Shown here in pieces: positions 18,755 through 27,281 of a DNA stretch of 42,534 nt. Each line of letters starts with the position of its first letter. Position 1 is the first letter of the stretch. The stretch spans positions 1-42,534 of IMG/VR virus record IMGVR_UViG_3300024246_000045. One strand, 5' to 3'. Source of the DNA: a virus. Its lineage: Duplodnaviria > Caudoviricetes. The notes under the pieces are model-generated. The model ran no database searches. It was not told the origin of the DNA and saw only the letters and a program-made list of their open reading frames with translations. Made by a program: the position numbers and the translations under genes.

Positions 18755-20295
18755 TGGTGCGCGTCCCCCCGGCCTGTGACCTCGGCCAAGACGGCTGCAT
18801 CCCGGAGCCCGGAAGCCAGGGCGATCGTCTGGAGCTGGGCGTAGCTTTCCACCAACGCGTCCGCCCCTTCTTCGATCGACGGGGCCGCGGCAAAGATCTC
18901 GCTGATGCGCTGGCTGAAATCCTCGGCTGCGCGCTTGACGAGTTTCTGCGAGAACGTGTTGACGTCGTCGAGCGTGGCGATGCGCGTCCCGGCCGCCTGC
19001 GCGACGCGTCGCGAACGGCGCTGTTGCTGTTGCGGATCGACCGGTGCCGGCTGGCGCACGAGCGGCACGGTGCGCACTCCGCCCTCATGGCGGATCTGCT
19101 CGGGATCGATCGTCTCACCAGCGGGAGCGAGCGCCGTGTTGAGGTTGATAAAGACCGTCGAGCGCTGCAGCTGGTCGGTCGGCGGAGTGGAGTCGATCTT
19201 GAAGACGCCGAACTCATTGCGCGCAACGACGTCCTCGCCGTAGTGCCAGGTGGCGAAGGGCGTCCCGATATCCTCCTGGATCGTCTCCTCGAGGTTGTCG
19301 GCAACGCCTTCCTTGTTCTCCTGGCTGACGTCCGCCGCGGCCTTGCCGGCAAGCGTTCCAGTGCCCGACTTGGCGTCCGTGTTGAGCTGATGGCCGAGAA
19401 TGACCTTGGTGATGCCGGCCTGCGCCGCGTCGATGATGGCGTTGTAAAGCGCGTTGGTGCTGTAGCGCGATGCCTCCTGGAGCTTGATGTCCGTCCCCTC
19501 GGGGAACACGCCGCGCGCGTTGGCGTCCAGAGCCAGCACTCCTTCGAGCACCGACTCTTTGTCCTCCGGCCTCGAGAAGAAGGCCCAGATGTAGGGGTTG
19601 CCGTAGGCTTCGGCGAACCTCACCCAGGCCGCCCAGGAGAAGTTCATGAACATCCAGAGCCAGAGCACCTTGCGCCACAGGCCGCGTTCGCGAACGCCGC
19701 CCGGCTCGAGCTCAGCCTCATAGATGATGTAGCCGCGGCGATTGATCGGCTGCAGCGTGAGCCCGCCACCCTGACTCTGCACCTCGAGGCGCAGCGAGTT
19801 TGACTGAATGTCCCACCGCCACCGCACGGGGTTGATACGGACATAGCCGTCCAGCATGTAGTCGCGGTTCCACTGAAGGCCCGCGGCACTGAACGGATAG
19901 AACTCGCCGAAGATCAGGTACCGGAACAGCTTCTTGAACCAGCGCAGCCCGGCATAGAACGAGCGCATCTCCTCGGCCTGCTTTTTCGAAGCGGCCGACT
20001 TCTCGTCGAAGGGGTTCACCGTCCACGGCAACCGCGAGACGCCGTAAGCCAGGTTGCGCATGCACGTGAAGATGTGCGGGTCGTTGAGGAGCCGCTTTGC
20101 AACGGCCATCTGCAGCCAGAGCTCCGCATCCGGACGCATCACGCGCGCCGCGAGCTCCGGGGTGATCTCGCCGGAAACTCGCGAGGCCCAATAGTCACGG
20201 ACGCGGCCGACTTCGGCCTGATGATCCGCCGGCGGCGGCGTCTCGATCCGGATCTCGTTGCCGAGCGCGTCGAAGAGAATCGGCGTCTTACCCAT
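18751..20295 (-). CDS. Portal protein (DUF935, Mu gp29/H-like)
   Basis: DPHIF, RGL.R, W..FAE.YG.P and ITKVILGHQL motifs. Confidence 0.93.
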   Translation of the reverse strand: MGKTPILFDALGNEIRIETPPPADHQAEVGRVRDYWASRVSGEITPELAARVMRPDAELWLQMAVAKRLLNDPHIFTCMRNLAYGVSRLPWTVNPFDEKSAASKKQAEEMRSFYAGLRWFKKLFRYLIFGEFYPFSAAGLQWNRDYMLDGYVRINPVRWRWDIQSNSLRLEVQSQGGGLTLQPINRRGYIIYEAELEPGGVRERGLWRKVLWLWMFMNFSWAAWVRFAEAYGNPYIWAFFSRPEDKESVLEGVLALDANARGVFPEGTDIKLQEASRYSTNALYNAIIDAAQAGITKVILGHQLNTDAKSGTGTLAGKAAADVSQENKEGVADNLEETIQEDIGTPFATWHYGEDVVARNEFGVFKIDSTPPTDQLQRSTVFINLNTALAPAGETIDPEQIRHEGGVRTVPLVRQPAPVDPQQQQRRSRRVAQAAGTRIATLDDVNTFSQKLVKRAAEDFSQRISEIFAAAPSIEEGADALVESYAQLQTIALASGLRDAAVLAEVTGRGDAHQ

Positions 20296-22060
20296 GCATC
20301 AGACTCCCTTTGACTCTCCGCATCGATCCACGAGGGATCTGCGTTCCGACAAGCGGCCGGCTGTTCTTCGCGATCGGCGTATAGGAGAACGGCATCGCCG
20401 AGCCGCCGATCTCCTCCGCGATGCGAGCGGAGTTGAGAGCCATCCCGCAGTGGTTCGCCACGCCGCCCAGGTACGTGTCGATGACCCGGAACTTTTTATC
20501 GAGCGACCGTTCCTTGCGGAGGTTTTTGAGGTGCTCGGCGAAGATCACCATTACAGGCGCCGTCTCCAGATCCGGGATGCGCAGGAAGTACTCGCTCGTG
20601 AAGCCGCTCGTCGTCTCCTCGAGTGATTCGTCGCGATCGACTTTCACGCAGCGATACTTCTTCTTCTCGTGCTCCTCGTCGGCGACCTTGAGCACGCTGC
20701 CATTCAGAAAGTCCTGCAGCGCGACGATCCGCGGGAACCGGTAGGCGAGCGCGCGGGCGATGGTCGTATGCGGCTTCTTGTCGATGACGAGCTGCACGAT
20801 GCCGAGCTTGCCGATGAGTGTGGAGATTCGATCGAGGGCGACGTCGCTGTCGATCTCCTCGACCCACACCAGGTACGGATCACCGTTCGGCCTCCGCTCG
20901 TAGCAGACGAAGTGATAGAGATCGCCGGCGTCGACACCGGCGAAGCGAGGCAGCGAGCCGCGGCCGTAGCGCAACAACGCGCACTCGCCCGATTGCATGC
21001 GGTTGATCTCGACGTCGGAAAATGGCTGCATCGCGCCGGCGTCGGGAATGGCCAGCACCGAGCAGCGGAACTTGGCCTTCTGCGACTTGGTCCGGCACTT
21101 GGACCAGCGACTCATCATGTAGTCGGCGCTCATCGCGCCCATGGCCAGCGCCGAGAGGCGGTACGAGAACTTCCGCTGCTTTTCCCGCTGCGGGAACGAG
21201 GCAACCCACCGGCCGTTCTTCACGATGTCGAGCGGCGTTTTGCACTTCGGGCAGATGCGCACATACGTGTCTCCGCTACGCGCTGGATTCGGGCCGATGC
21301 AGTCGGGGAAGACTTCCTCGAGGCAGATGCGCTTGAGGCAACTCCGCCGCGAGCAGTCGACGAGCCACTTGTGTTGCGAGCCGTCCTGAAAACGCAGATC
21401 GATTCCGGCGCCAGGCGCGTAGCCGGCCGAGAAGTAGATCGAGGCGCGGAGATCCGAGTGCGCGATACGGCCTTGCGCCCACTCGAGGTTCTCGGCCGGC
21501 AGCAGGTCGACCTCGTCGTTGAGCAGCACGTCGAGCGGCGTCGAGATCGCCCCCATCATCGACTCGAGGCCCAGCACGTAGAGGAACTTGCCGTCGAACT
21601 CTTTGACCGTGGCCTGGTTCACGGGGAGCCCGTCGCCGTCGCTTGCGTCGCGCTCGGCCTTCATGATCGCGGAGAGGCGTGGCGATTTGCGCAGGATGTT
21701 CTTCAGACGCGTCCGCCCGATCTTCCGCGCGAAGAGATCCGTTGGCAGAAAGTAACCAACGTTGCGCCCGAGATCCGCGGCCAGGTTCAGCGCAGGCCCG
21801 AGGCCGAGCGACGTCGTCGCTCCGATCTGCTCGGCCTTGAGGAGCGAGAGCTCGGTGTCACGAAGCGGCCGGCGGAAGATCGAATCCATCAGGCCGAGGA
21901 TCTCGGCGAAGGGTTCGTGCCCGTCGAGCGACCAGAGGCCGACGTCAGTGACGACGTCCTTTTCCATGAACTCGCGCAGCGAGCTCGGACGCAGATCCGC
22001 CGGCGTGCCTTTCGGCGCGTGCTTCTCGAGCGACGCCTGCAGGTCGTCCGCGAAGCTCAC
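20288..22060 (-). CDS. Terminase large subunit (GpA-like ATPase plus nuclease)
   Basis: KAEQIGAT Walker A-like motif, LLNDEVD Walker B, CxxC motifs, AGVDAG and VID nuclease motifs; GTG 22060 overlaps the TerS stop. Confidence 0.85.
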   Translation of the reverse strand: MSFADDLQASLEKHAPKGTPADLRPSSLREFMEKDVVTDVGLWSLDGHEPFAEILGLMDSIFRRPLRDTELSLLKAEQIGATTSLGLGPALNLAADLGRNVGYFLPTDLFARKIGRTRLKNILRKSPRLSAIMKAERDASDGDGLPVNQATVKEFDGKFLYVLGLESMMGAISTPLDVLLNDEVDLLPAENLEWAQGRIAHSDLRASIYFSAGYAPGAGIDLRFQDGSQHKWLVDCSRRSCLKRICLEEVFPDCIGPNPARSGDTYVRICPKCKTPLDIVKNGRWVASFPQREKQRKFSYRLSALAMGAMSADYMMSRWSKCRTKSQKAKFRCSVLAIPDAGAMQPFSDVEINRMQSGECALLRYGRGSLPRFAGVDAGDLYHFVCYERRPNGDPYLVWVEEIDSDVALDRISTLIGKLGIVQLVIDKKPHTTIARALAYRFPRIVALQDFLNGSVLKVADEEHEKKKYRCVKVDRDESLEETTSGFTSEYFLRIPDLETAPVMVIFAEHLKNLRKERSLDKKFRVIDTYLGGVANHCGMALNSARIAEEIGGSAMPFSYTPIAKNSRPLVGTQIPRGSMRRVKGSLMHG

Positions 22061-22654
22061 GCCTTCAGCTCCTTCCGCGCGGCGTCGCGCATTGCGGCCA
22101 GGACGATCCTCATCGCCGCCGGCTCGCGCGTGAGAAGCGTTTCCATCTCCAGGCGCATGCGGTTCATCGCCCGGCGAACACCACGATCGATCTGGTTGTT
22201 GGTGCGCTCGCGCTGCGCGGCCGAGCTCTGCATGCGCGCGGCGAGATTGCAGCTCCTGAATCGGGCCGGTGACGCTCCCACCGCTTTCGACCAGGCGCGC
22301 GCGGACGTCGTTCCAGATGGCGCGATTCCCCATGGTGGCAATCGCCCGCTCAAGAGTGAGTGGCTGTTCGTCGTCGAGCGCGGCATACTCCTGCGCCTCG
22401 CGCAGCGCCAGGTCGCGCTCGGCGAGCTGCAGCTCCCACGTCACACGAAACTGCCACACGGCAGTTCGGCCAATCGAGAAGCCCGTGCCCTTCAGCTCTT
22501 CGAGGATCTCGTTCAGCGTCGGCCGTGGCGTGCGCTGAATGCGCTCGATGAGCCACTCGCGCAGGCCGGGCTGCTCGTCGACGGCCTTGTGACCGCGGCG
22601 GCCGCGGGGCTCGACCGGCTTGGGCTTGCCGGCGGGTTTGTTACGCGAGGCCAC
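22057..22654 (-). pseudogene. Terminase small subunit (DUF3486/Mu gp27-like), frameshifted near 22250
   Basis: N-terminal half (TLNEILEEL..GFSIGRTAV..F) is in one frame; the helical C-terminal half (NLAARMQSS...RKELKA*) is in another frame and ends on the TerL start. Confidence 0.65.
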
Positions 22655-23498
22655 TGAGAGTCATCTCCTTCCAGTGACGGATGCGCGCTTCCGCAACGCG
22701 AAAGTAACTCGGCTCACGCTCCACACCGACGAATGCCCGCCGCTCCATGACCGCGGCGCAGCCGGTCGTGCCGGAGCCGGCGAATGGATCGAGGACGACG
22801 CCGTCCGCGGGCGTGGCCAGGCGAATCAGCCGCCGCATCAGATCGATCGGTTTGACGGTCGGGTGCGCGTTGTAGCGCGCCTTCGTCTTCTCTTTTTTGA
22901 GCCCGGAGAGAAGATTGATCTGACGCCGGCGAAATCCACCTTTCGCGCTCAGACCTCGATCCTTCTCTTCGGACGTTGCTCTGGCAACGTAGAACATCCG
23001 CGAGAGCGGCTCACGCCTGGCGGTCTCCTGGTCGAGGACCGCCGCGGCGTGTTCGTCGAACATCACGTTCGCGGGCCAGCGGCCGTTGTCGCGGCAATCG
23101 TCGACGTTGAGCAACGTCGGGGTGGACGCGCTCTTCCGCGCGAGCACTACCGGCTCCCATGCTGGCTTGAGCTTGGAGCGATGCTTGGGAAAGCCATTGC
23201 CGTAGAGCCACGCCAGGCAATCGTCGATTACAAAGCCCGCGTCCTCGATCGCGACCGTCATCCGGTGAAAGGTTCGTGTGCCGCCGAACGCCAGCAGGTA
23301 ACTGCCCGGCTTGGCCACGCGGAGCACCTCGCTCCACATTGCGACGTCGTAAGCCACACCTGTGGAGTCCCACTTCGCGCCGTGGAACCCGATCTCGTAA
23401 GGAGGATCGGTCACGACCACGTCGACAGAAGCATCGCCAACGAGCGGGAGCATCTTCCGGCAGTCGCCGTTGAGCAGCCTGATATCGCTCGTCATCAT
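22641..23498 (-). CDS. DNA methyltransferase, N6-A/N4-C, beta class
   Basis: TDPPY motif IV near the N-terminus; HPTVKP and LDPFAGSGTT motif I near the C-terminus. Confidence 0.93.
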   Translation of the reverse strand: MMTSDIRLLNGDCRKMLPLVGDASVDVVVTDPPYEIGFHGAKWDSTGVAYDVAMWSEVLRVAKPGSYLLAFGGTRTFHRMTVAIEDAGFVIDDCLAWLYGNGFPKHRSKLKPAWEPVVLARKSASTPTLLNVDDCRDNGRWPANVMFDEHAAAVLDQETARREPLSRMFYVARATSEEKDRGLSAKGGFRRRQINLLSGLKKEKTKARYNAHPTVKPIDLMRRLIRLATPADGVVLDPFAGSGTTGCAAVMERRAFVGVEREPSYFRVAEARIRHWKEMTLSGLA

Positions 23499-23773
23499 CG
23501 CGGCACGCTCCGAGGACGCGTCTCAACAACGGGCGTCGACGTCGAGCTCCCGGCGATCAGGCTCCGCACGCTGGCAAACCCGTTATCGATCCTGCCGACG
23601 ACGTCGATCTGCTGATCGACATATTCCTTGGTCGCGTACTTGCCGGAGATGAACTCCTTCAGTTCGAGGATCGCGATGCGGATCGTCGAGCGAAGCGAAA
23701 AGATGATCAGCGCCAGGACGGCATTCGCCAGCAGCGAGATCAGCATCGGCCAGAGGTTCGGTGTTGGTGTCAT
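23495..23773 (-). CDS. Single-TM membrane protein (holin-like or DUF2730-like)
   Basis: N-terminal TM helix then YATKEYV coiled coil; position upstream of terminase; ATGA overlap with the methylase. Confidence 0.6.
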   Translation of the reverse strand: MTPTPNLWPMLISLLANAVLALIIFSLRSTIRIAILELKEFISGKYATKEYVDQQIDVVGRIDNGFASVRSLIAGSSTSTPVVETRPRSVPR

Positions 23774-23782
23774 TGAAAGTCG

Positions 23783-23994
23783 CTCTCTCCACATTCGCGT
23801 GTTGCCGCGAAAGCCGAGAGAAGGCGGCGCACGAAATAGAAACGGTGGACGGGAACCCGCGTCGCGGTATGTGTCGGCGCCTGGCCGAAGCACTGGTGTC
23901 CTTTGTCCGTTTCCCTCGCTGGCGCGCTGGCGCACGTTTCCGCGGCGCTATTGGCATTCGCGGTGTGTCGCTCGTTGGGGCGCCGCCTTCTCTC
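23783..23994 (-). promoter_or_regulatory. Putative structured RNA translational switch (anti-SD / anti-anti-SD)
   Basis: 15-bp perfect inverted repeat 23816-23830/23980-23994, mutually exclusive with a local hairpin 23783-23822 that covers the SD of the 23773 gene. Confidence 0.45.
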
Positions 23995-24019
23995 CACTCA
24001 CGCGGGGCTCGCTGCTGGG

Positions 24020-24220
24020 CTAGTCCGGCCCCAAAGGATTCAGCATCGGCGTCGTCAATCTGCCGTTCTGATTCCCCTCGCCACCTCTATTCAAGAGGTC
24101 GCATAACCGCCGGGCTCGCGCGACTGCGTATTCTTCCGAATCGATCGCGCCGCTCTCATGTGCCGCTTGCAGCCTCAATCCATCCCGGTCGAATTCACTC
24201 TCCCAGCTCACGCCGCGCAT
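24020..24220 (-). CDS. Hypothetical protein
   Basis: Purine-rich SD before ATG 24220. Confidence 0.5.
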   Translation of the reverse strand: MRGVSWESEFDRDGLRLQAAHESGAIDSEEYAVARARRLCDLLNRGGEGNQNGRLTTPMLNPLGPD

Positions 24221-24238
24221 CCCCTTCCTCTCCTTCAA

Positions 24239-24466
24239 TCACGCGGTTGCGGCTCGCAACAGCCGGCGCCGATTCCGCGCTCTTCGCCTCGCACTCTTCT
24301 GGCGGCCGCCGACAACTGGCACCGCCGTGACAGTTCGGTCCTCTGCTGCGAAAATCTGCCGCTTGACGCTCCCCGGTCGCCTAATCGCTGGAACAGGGCC
24401 GAACGCGCACCAGAGAAGGACCGCTACGAACACCGCGATCACGAACAGCAGAAACAGTTGACTCAC
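24239..24466 (-). CDS. Small membrane protein with a basic C-terminus
   Basis: GGAGGAG SD before GTG; TM segment LFLLFVIAVFVAVLLW. Confidence 0.55.
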   Translation of the reverse strand: MSQLFLLFVIAVFVAVLLWCAFGPVPAIRRPGSVKRQIFAAEDRTVTAVPVVGGRQKSARRRARNRRRLLRAATA

Positions 24467-24626
24467 TGCGCTCCTCCCCCTCTTCAACGAACACCGGTGC
24501 CGTGCTGCCACTCGCGCGCTTCGACGCCACACGCCGCGCTCCCTCCCGACCTGCCGTCCGCTGAGCAGTTCAGCGACGCGGCGAAAAGGCGGAACAGCGC
24601 AGCGGCAGCAACGGCACCGATGACTT

Positions 24627-24905
24627 TCATTCGTTGTTGCTGCCCGCGGCCGAGGGCGTACCGATCGGCGTCGTCGTCGTTAACCGCAGGTAGATCCCGG
24701 CCAGCCCGTCAAGCGTCGCTGCAACGCCGGCGATGACCGCGCCCACCTTCGTGCTGGGCGGGACGATCGCGGCAAGCGTCGTTGCCAAGAGAGCGAGTCC
24801 GAGGACGAACTTCCCGGCGTTGTAAAGAATGGTGCGCGACTGCGTCGGCAACTTGGCGACGATGCCGGTGACCGCGACTGCCAGGCCGTCGGCGTCATCT
24901 GCCAT
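24627..24905 (-). CDS. Putative holin (two TM helices)
   Basis: 92 aa; SRTILYN, two hydrophobic helices and LRLTTTTPI, a pattern seen in small phage holins. Confidence 0.65.
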   Translation of the reverse strand: MADDADGLAVAVTGIVAKLPTQSRTILYNAGKFVLGLALLATTLAAIVPPSTKVGAVIAGVAATLDGLAGIYLRLTTTTPIGTPSAAGSNNE

Positions 24906-25407
24906 TGGCCGTCTCCGCCGTGGTGGTGACAGCAGGCGTCGCCGCCGGCGTCATCGCTTTGACCTGAGCGGCGATCCCGTCGATGAGTGGCGCGACCAGA
25001 GCCTTGGCGCTGGCGTCGTCGATCGCATAGCCCTTCGACGTCACATACTTCGCCACCCACGCCCCGGAGCGGCTCACCAGGTCATCGCGGACCGGCTTCC
25101 AGGCCTCGGCGTTCGTGGCCAATTGAAATTGGCCGCCGTTGAGTGCGGGGTCGATGATCGAAGCATCGAGCTCGGCCAGCGCCAGCCCGGTGGCATCGGC
25201 GGGAATCTTGTACTTGGCCTGGAGTGCAGCCTCGAGCCCGACACGCAGGAACGTGCGCGTCGCCTCGATCCCGGCGCGGCCTTCCGGCGTGATCACCGGA
25301 GCCTGATGTGAGTTACTACCACCCGTGCTGCCGGGCGAGCTCGCGCAGCTCATCAGGCTGAGGGTTACGAGAACCGCGATCGCGCAAAGAGAAAGAAGTC
25401 GTTTCAT
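24895..25407 (-). CDS. Lipoprotein
   Basis: MKRLL signal, LMS-C lipobox and Ser/Gly linker; GGAGG SD. Confidence 0.75.
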   Translation of the reverse strand: MKRLLSLCAIAVLVTLSLMSCASSPGSTGGSNSHQAPVITPEGRAGIEATRTFLRVGLEAALQAKYKIPADATGLALAELDASIIDPALNGGQFQLATNAEAWKPVRDDLVSRSGAWVAKYVTSKGYAIDDASAKALVAPLIDGIAAQVKAMTPAATPAVTTTAETANGR

Positions 25408-25469
25408 GTGTTGCCTCCCACTCATCCGGCCGACACGGGCCTCTCGTCCGCCGGATGTGGGCGAGGCAA

Positions 25470-26228
25470 CTACCGGAACGGATCGATCCGCGCGTTGCCG
25501 TTGGTCGCGCTCGAGTTCACGATCGCGCCGTAGATGGTCTGGCCCCAGCCCGGAAGGCCAGAGCTCGAATTCGCCACGACAACATGACCGCTCTGGAACT
25601 GCGTCTTGAGTGGCCTCAACGTGATTGGGGCAGAACAGTCGATGCGTTCCGGCGTCGTGGTCAACTTGTGCGCGTCCAGCCCGTCGTACACGTCGACGTC
25701 GAGCGTCCCCTCGTAATCGGGGAACCCGCAAAGAACGTAGACCTGGTAGCGAGCGGTGTTCGTCAGGGCTTTGTCGAGCCCGAAAGTCTGCGGGGCGCCT
25801 GGCACGACGGCGCCGATCGCGGGCATCTCGAAGCTCGAGCGGTTCGCGCCGTCGTGAAACGAGAGCATCGTGAACGCATTCGCGCCCGCTGGCTTGTCGA
25901 TGAGGTAGTAGGTAGGCTGCCCGCCACAGAAGAGCGAGCTGGTCACCTGCTCGAAGTAGAACGACCCGCTCGGGACCAGGTGAATCGATCCCTGCTGGCA
26001 CGAGCTCAAAAACACGTCTACCGGTTCCACGGCATCAGGCAGAGCGTTGAGGCCGAGGTCCGTCGACCAGTGATCACCGCCGGCAATGGCCAGCTTCAGC
26101 GGCGCCGGCGCGGAGGCGTTGGCCACCGCGGTCAGATGCGGCTGCGCAAACACGGCCGTGCACAAAAGAAGAGAGCAGAGCGTTGCACACACTCTGCTCA
26201 AGGAACCTCTCTCGAATCCTCGCATCAC
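25470..26228 (-). CDS. Secreted beta-rich protein; first gene of the late operon
   Basis: Signal peptide ending AVFA-Q; GGGAGGG SD. Confidence 0.7.
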   Translation of the reverse strand: MMRGFERGSLSRVCATLCSLLLCTAVFAQPHLTAVANASAPAPLKLAIAGGDHWSTDLGLNALPDAVEPVDVFLSSCQQGSIHLVPSGSFYFEQVTSSLFCGGQPTYYLIDKPAGANAFTMLSFHDGANRSSFEMPAIGAVVPGAPQTFGLDKALTNTARYQVYVLCGFPDYEGTLDVDVYDGLDAHKLTTTPERIDCSAPITLRPLKTQFQSGHVVVANSSSGLPGWGQTIYGAIVNSSATNGNARIDPFR

Positions 26229-26404
26229 ACCCTCCCGCCCCGACTACAGATTCAAGACCCGCTCGGCGGCGGCGTTCGGTCGTGCGGGGCTTCTGCCTAC
26301 AAACCGCACGAACGAACGTCACCGCGTCATCGATGTGGATAGCGGCGTTGGACGCGCCGCCTCAGCAGTACGGAAGGTAAGGCTTCGAGGTGGGAAGTTC
26401 CAGC

Positions 26405-26463
26405 GACTACGGAGACTACGGTGAATAAAGTGACTACGGTGACTACGGTGACTACGGTGACTA
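26405..26463. repeat. 9-bp tandem direct-repeat array (GACTACGGT), about 6.5 units
   Basis: GACTACGGA GACTACGGT GAATAAAGT GACTACGGT GACTACGGT GACTACGGT GACTA. Confidence 0.92.
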
Positions 26464-26775
26464 ATTCTCGCGTTCCTGGCGGAGCCGCTCGCGCAGCTTC
26501 TTGACCTCTTCCACCGAGAACTTCAGCGTTCGCTTGCGCCAGCCGATCCGTAGCCTCGGCGGGAGCGCGTTTCGCGGATGAAGATCACCCGAGTCGACGT
26601 AGCGGTAGACCGACGAGACCGATACGTCGAGCATCCGCGCTACCTGGCCGGTGCCAATCTCGCGCGACGATGCTTCGACTGCGTTCCTCTTTTCCGGGGT
26701 TCCCGACACTGGTGAAAGTGTAACGCGGAGTGACGCGAGTTCAATTCTTTCGCACCTAACCCCTTCACTGGTCAA
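26461..26775 (-). CDS. Xis/BldC/MerR-like (HTH_17) DNA-binding protein; candidate late-gene activator
   Basis: IGTGQVARMLDVSVSSVYRYVDSGDL...F...EV..L winged-HTH pattern; exact start uncertain. Confidence 0.78.
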   Translation of the reverse strand: MTSEGVRCERIELASLRVTLSPVSGTPEKRNAVEASSREIGTGQVARMLDVSVSSVYRYVDSGDLHPRNALPPRLRIGWRKRTLKFSVEEVKKLRERLRQEREN

Positions 26776-27202
26776 CGTACTTCGTTAGCTGTTGGCGCGC
26801 CGCATCGGAGAGTCTACCTCCCGCCTCGGCATCGGTAGAGTGAATCACGATCACGGCGTCCGCCGCGTTCGGTGCTTCGTTCTTGGATGACAAGATGCGC
26901 ACGGTCGCCGAGTTGTCGCGAAATGTGGTCCCCCACGTTGGAGATTGGCCGCGTTGATCTCCGACGACGAAGTAGCGATGCCCCGTCTCAAGAGTAAGCT
27001 CCGCAGCTCGGCGCAGAAGGAACTGGCCGACTCGATCCGCCGACGTGTATCCGTTGCCCTGAAAGCGAACCTCGTAGACGTACTCGGAGAGCTGGGTTTG
27101 CGAGAACCCACCGGTTAATCCCTTCGCTTGATACGCCGTGCAATCGACAAACACAACCAACCCTATGAGCAGCGCGCTTTGGAGAGTTCTCTTCGTCAAC
27201 AT
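26765..27202 (-). CDS. Lipoprotein (CC0125/CC1285-like family)
   Basis: Signal plus Cys; T.YQ..G..GGFSQTQL..YEVRFQGNGYT..LLRRAAELTL..G..YF motif. Confidence 0.75.
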   Translation of the reverse strand: MLTKRTLQSALLIGLVVFVDCTAYQAKGLTGGFSQTQLSEYVYEVRFQGNGYTSADRVGQFLLRRAAELTLETGHRYFVVGDQRGQSPTWGTTFRDNSATVRILSSKNEAPNAADAVIVIHSTDAEAGGRLSDAARQQLTKYVDQ

Positions 27203-27220
27203 CTTTCCCCCTCGAATGAA

Positions 27221-27259
27221 GAAGCAGCCCACCCCCCGGAAAAGGGAGCGGGCTACTTC
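27221..27259 (-). terminator. Intrinsic terminator closing the repressor-TPR-peptide operon
   Basis: 16-bp stem whose three non-Watson-Crick positions are G-U pairs only on the minus strand, followed by UUCAUU. Confidence 0.75.
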
Positions 27260-27281
27260 CCCGTTTGGAACTCGCAACAGG

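Noticed and set aside
20669-22657. Long antisense ORFs (662 aa here; also 7658-8908, 14418-15515, 30595-31512 and 40654-42336)
   Set aside because: These are shadow frames of high-GC genes opposite well-supported CDSs, with no motifs or SD
22641-23498. Restriction-modification system
   Set aside because: No adjacent endonuclease; an orphan methylase beside terminase is common in phages
25408-26001. N-terminal part of the 368-aa ORF 24895-26001
   Set aside because: It is an Arg-rich off-frame overlap with the secreted-protein gene; the lipoprotein starts at ATG 25407 with an SD
26405-26463. Possible CRISPR array (also the repeat at 40189-40237)
   Set aside because: The units are 9 bp and contiguous, with no spacers and no cas genes
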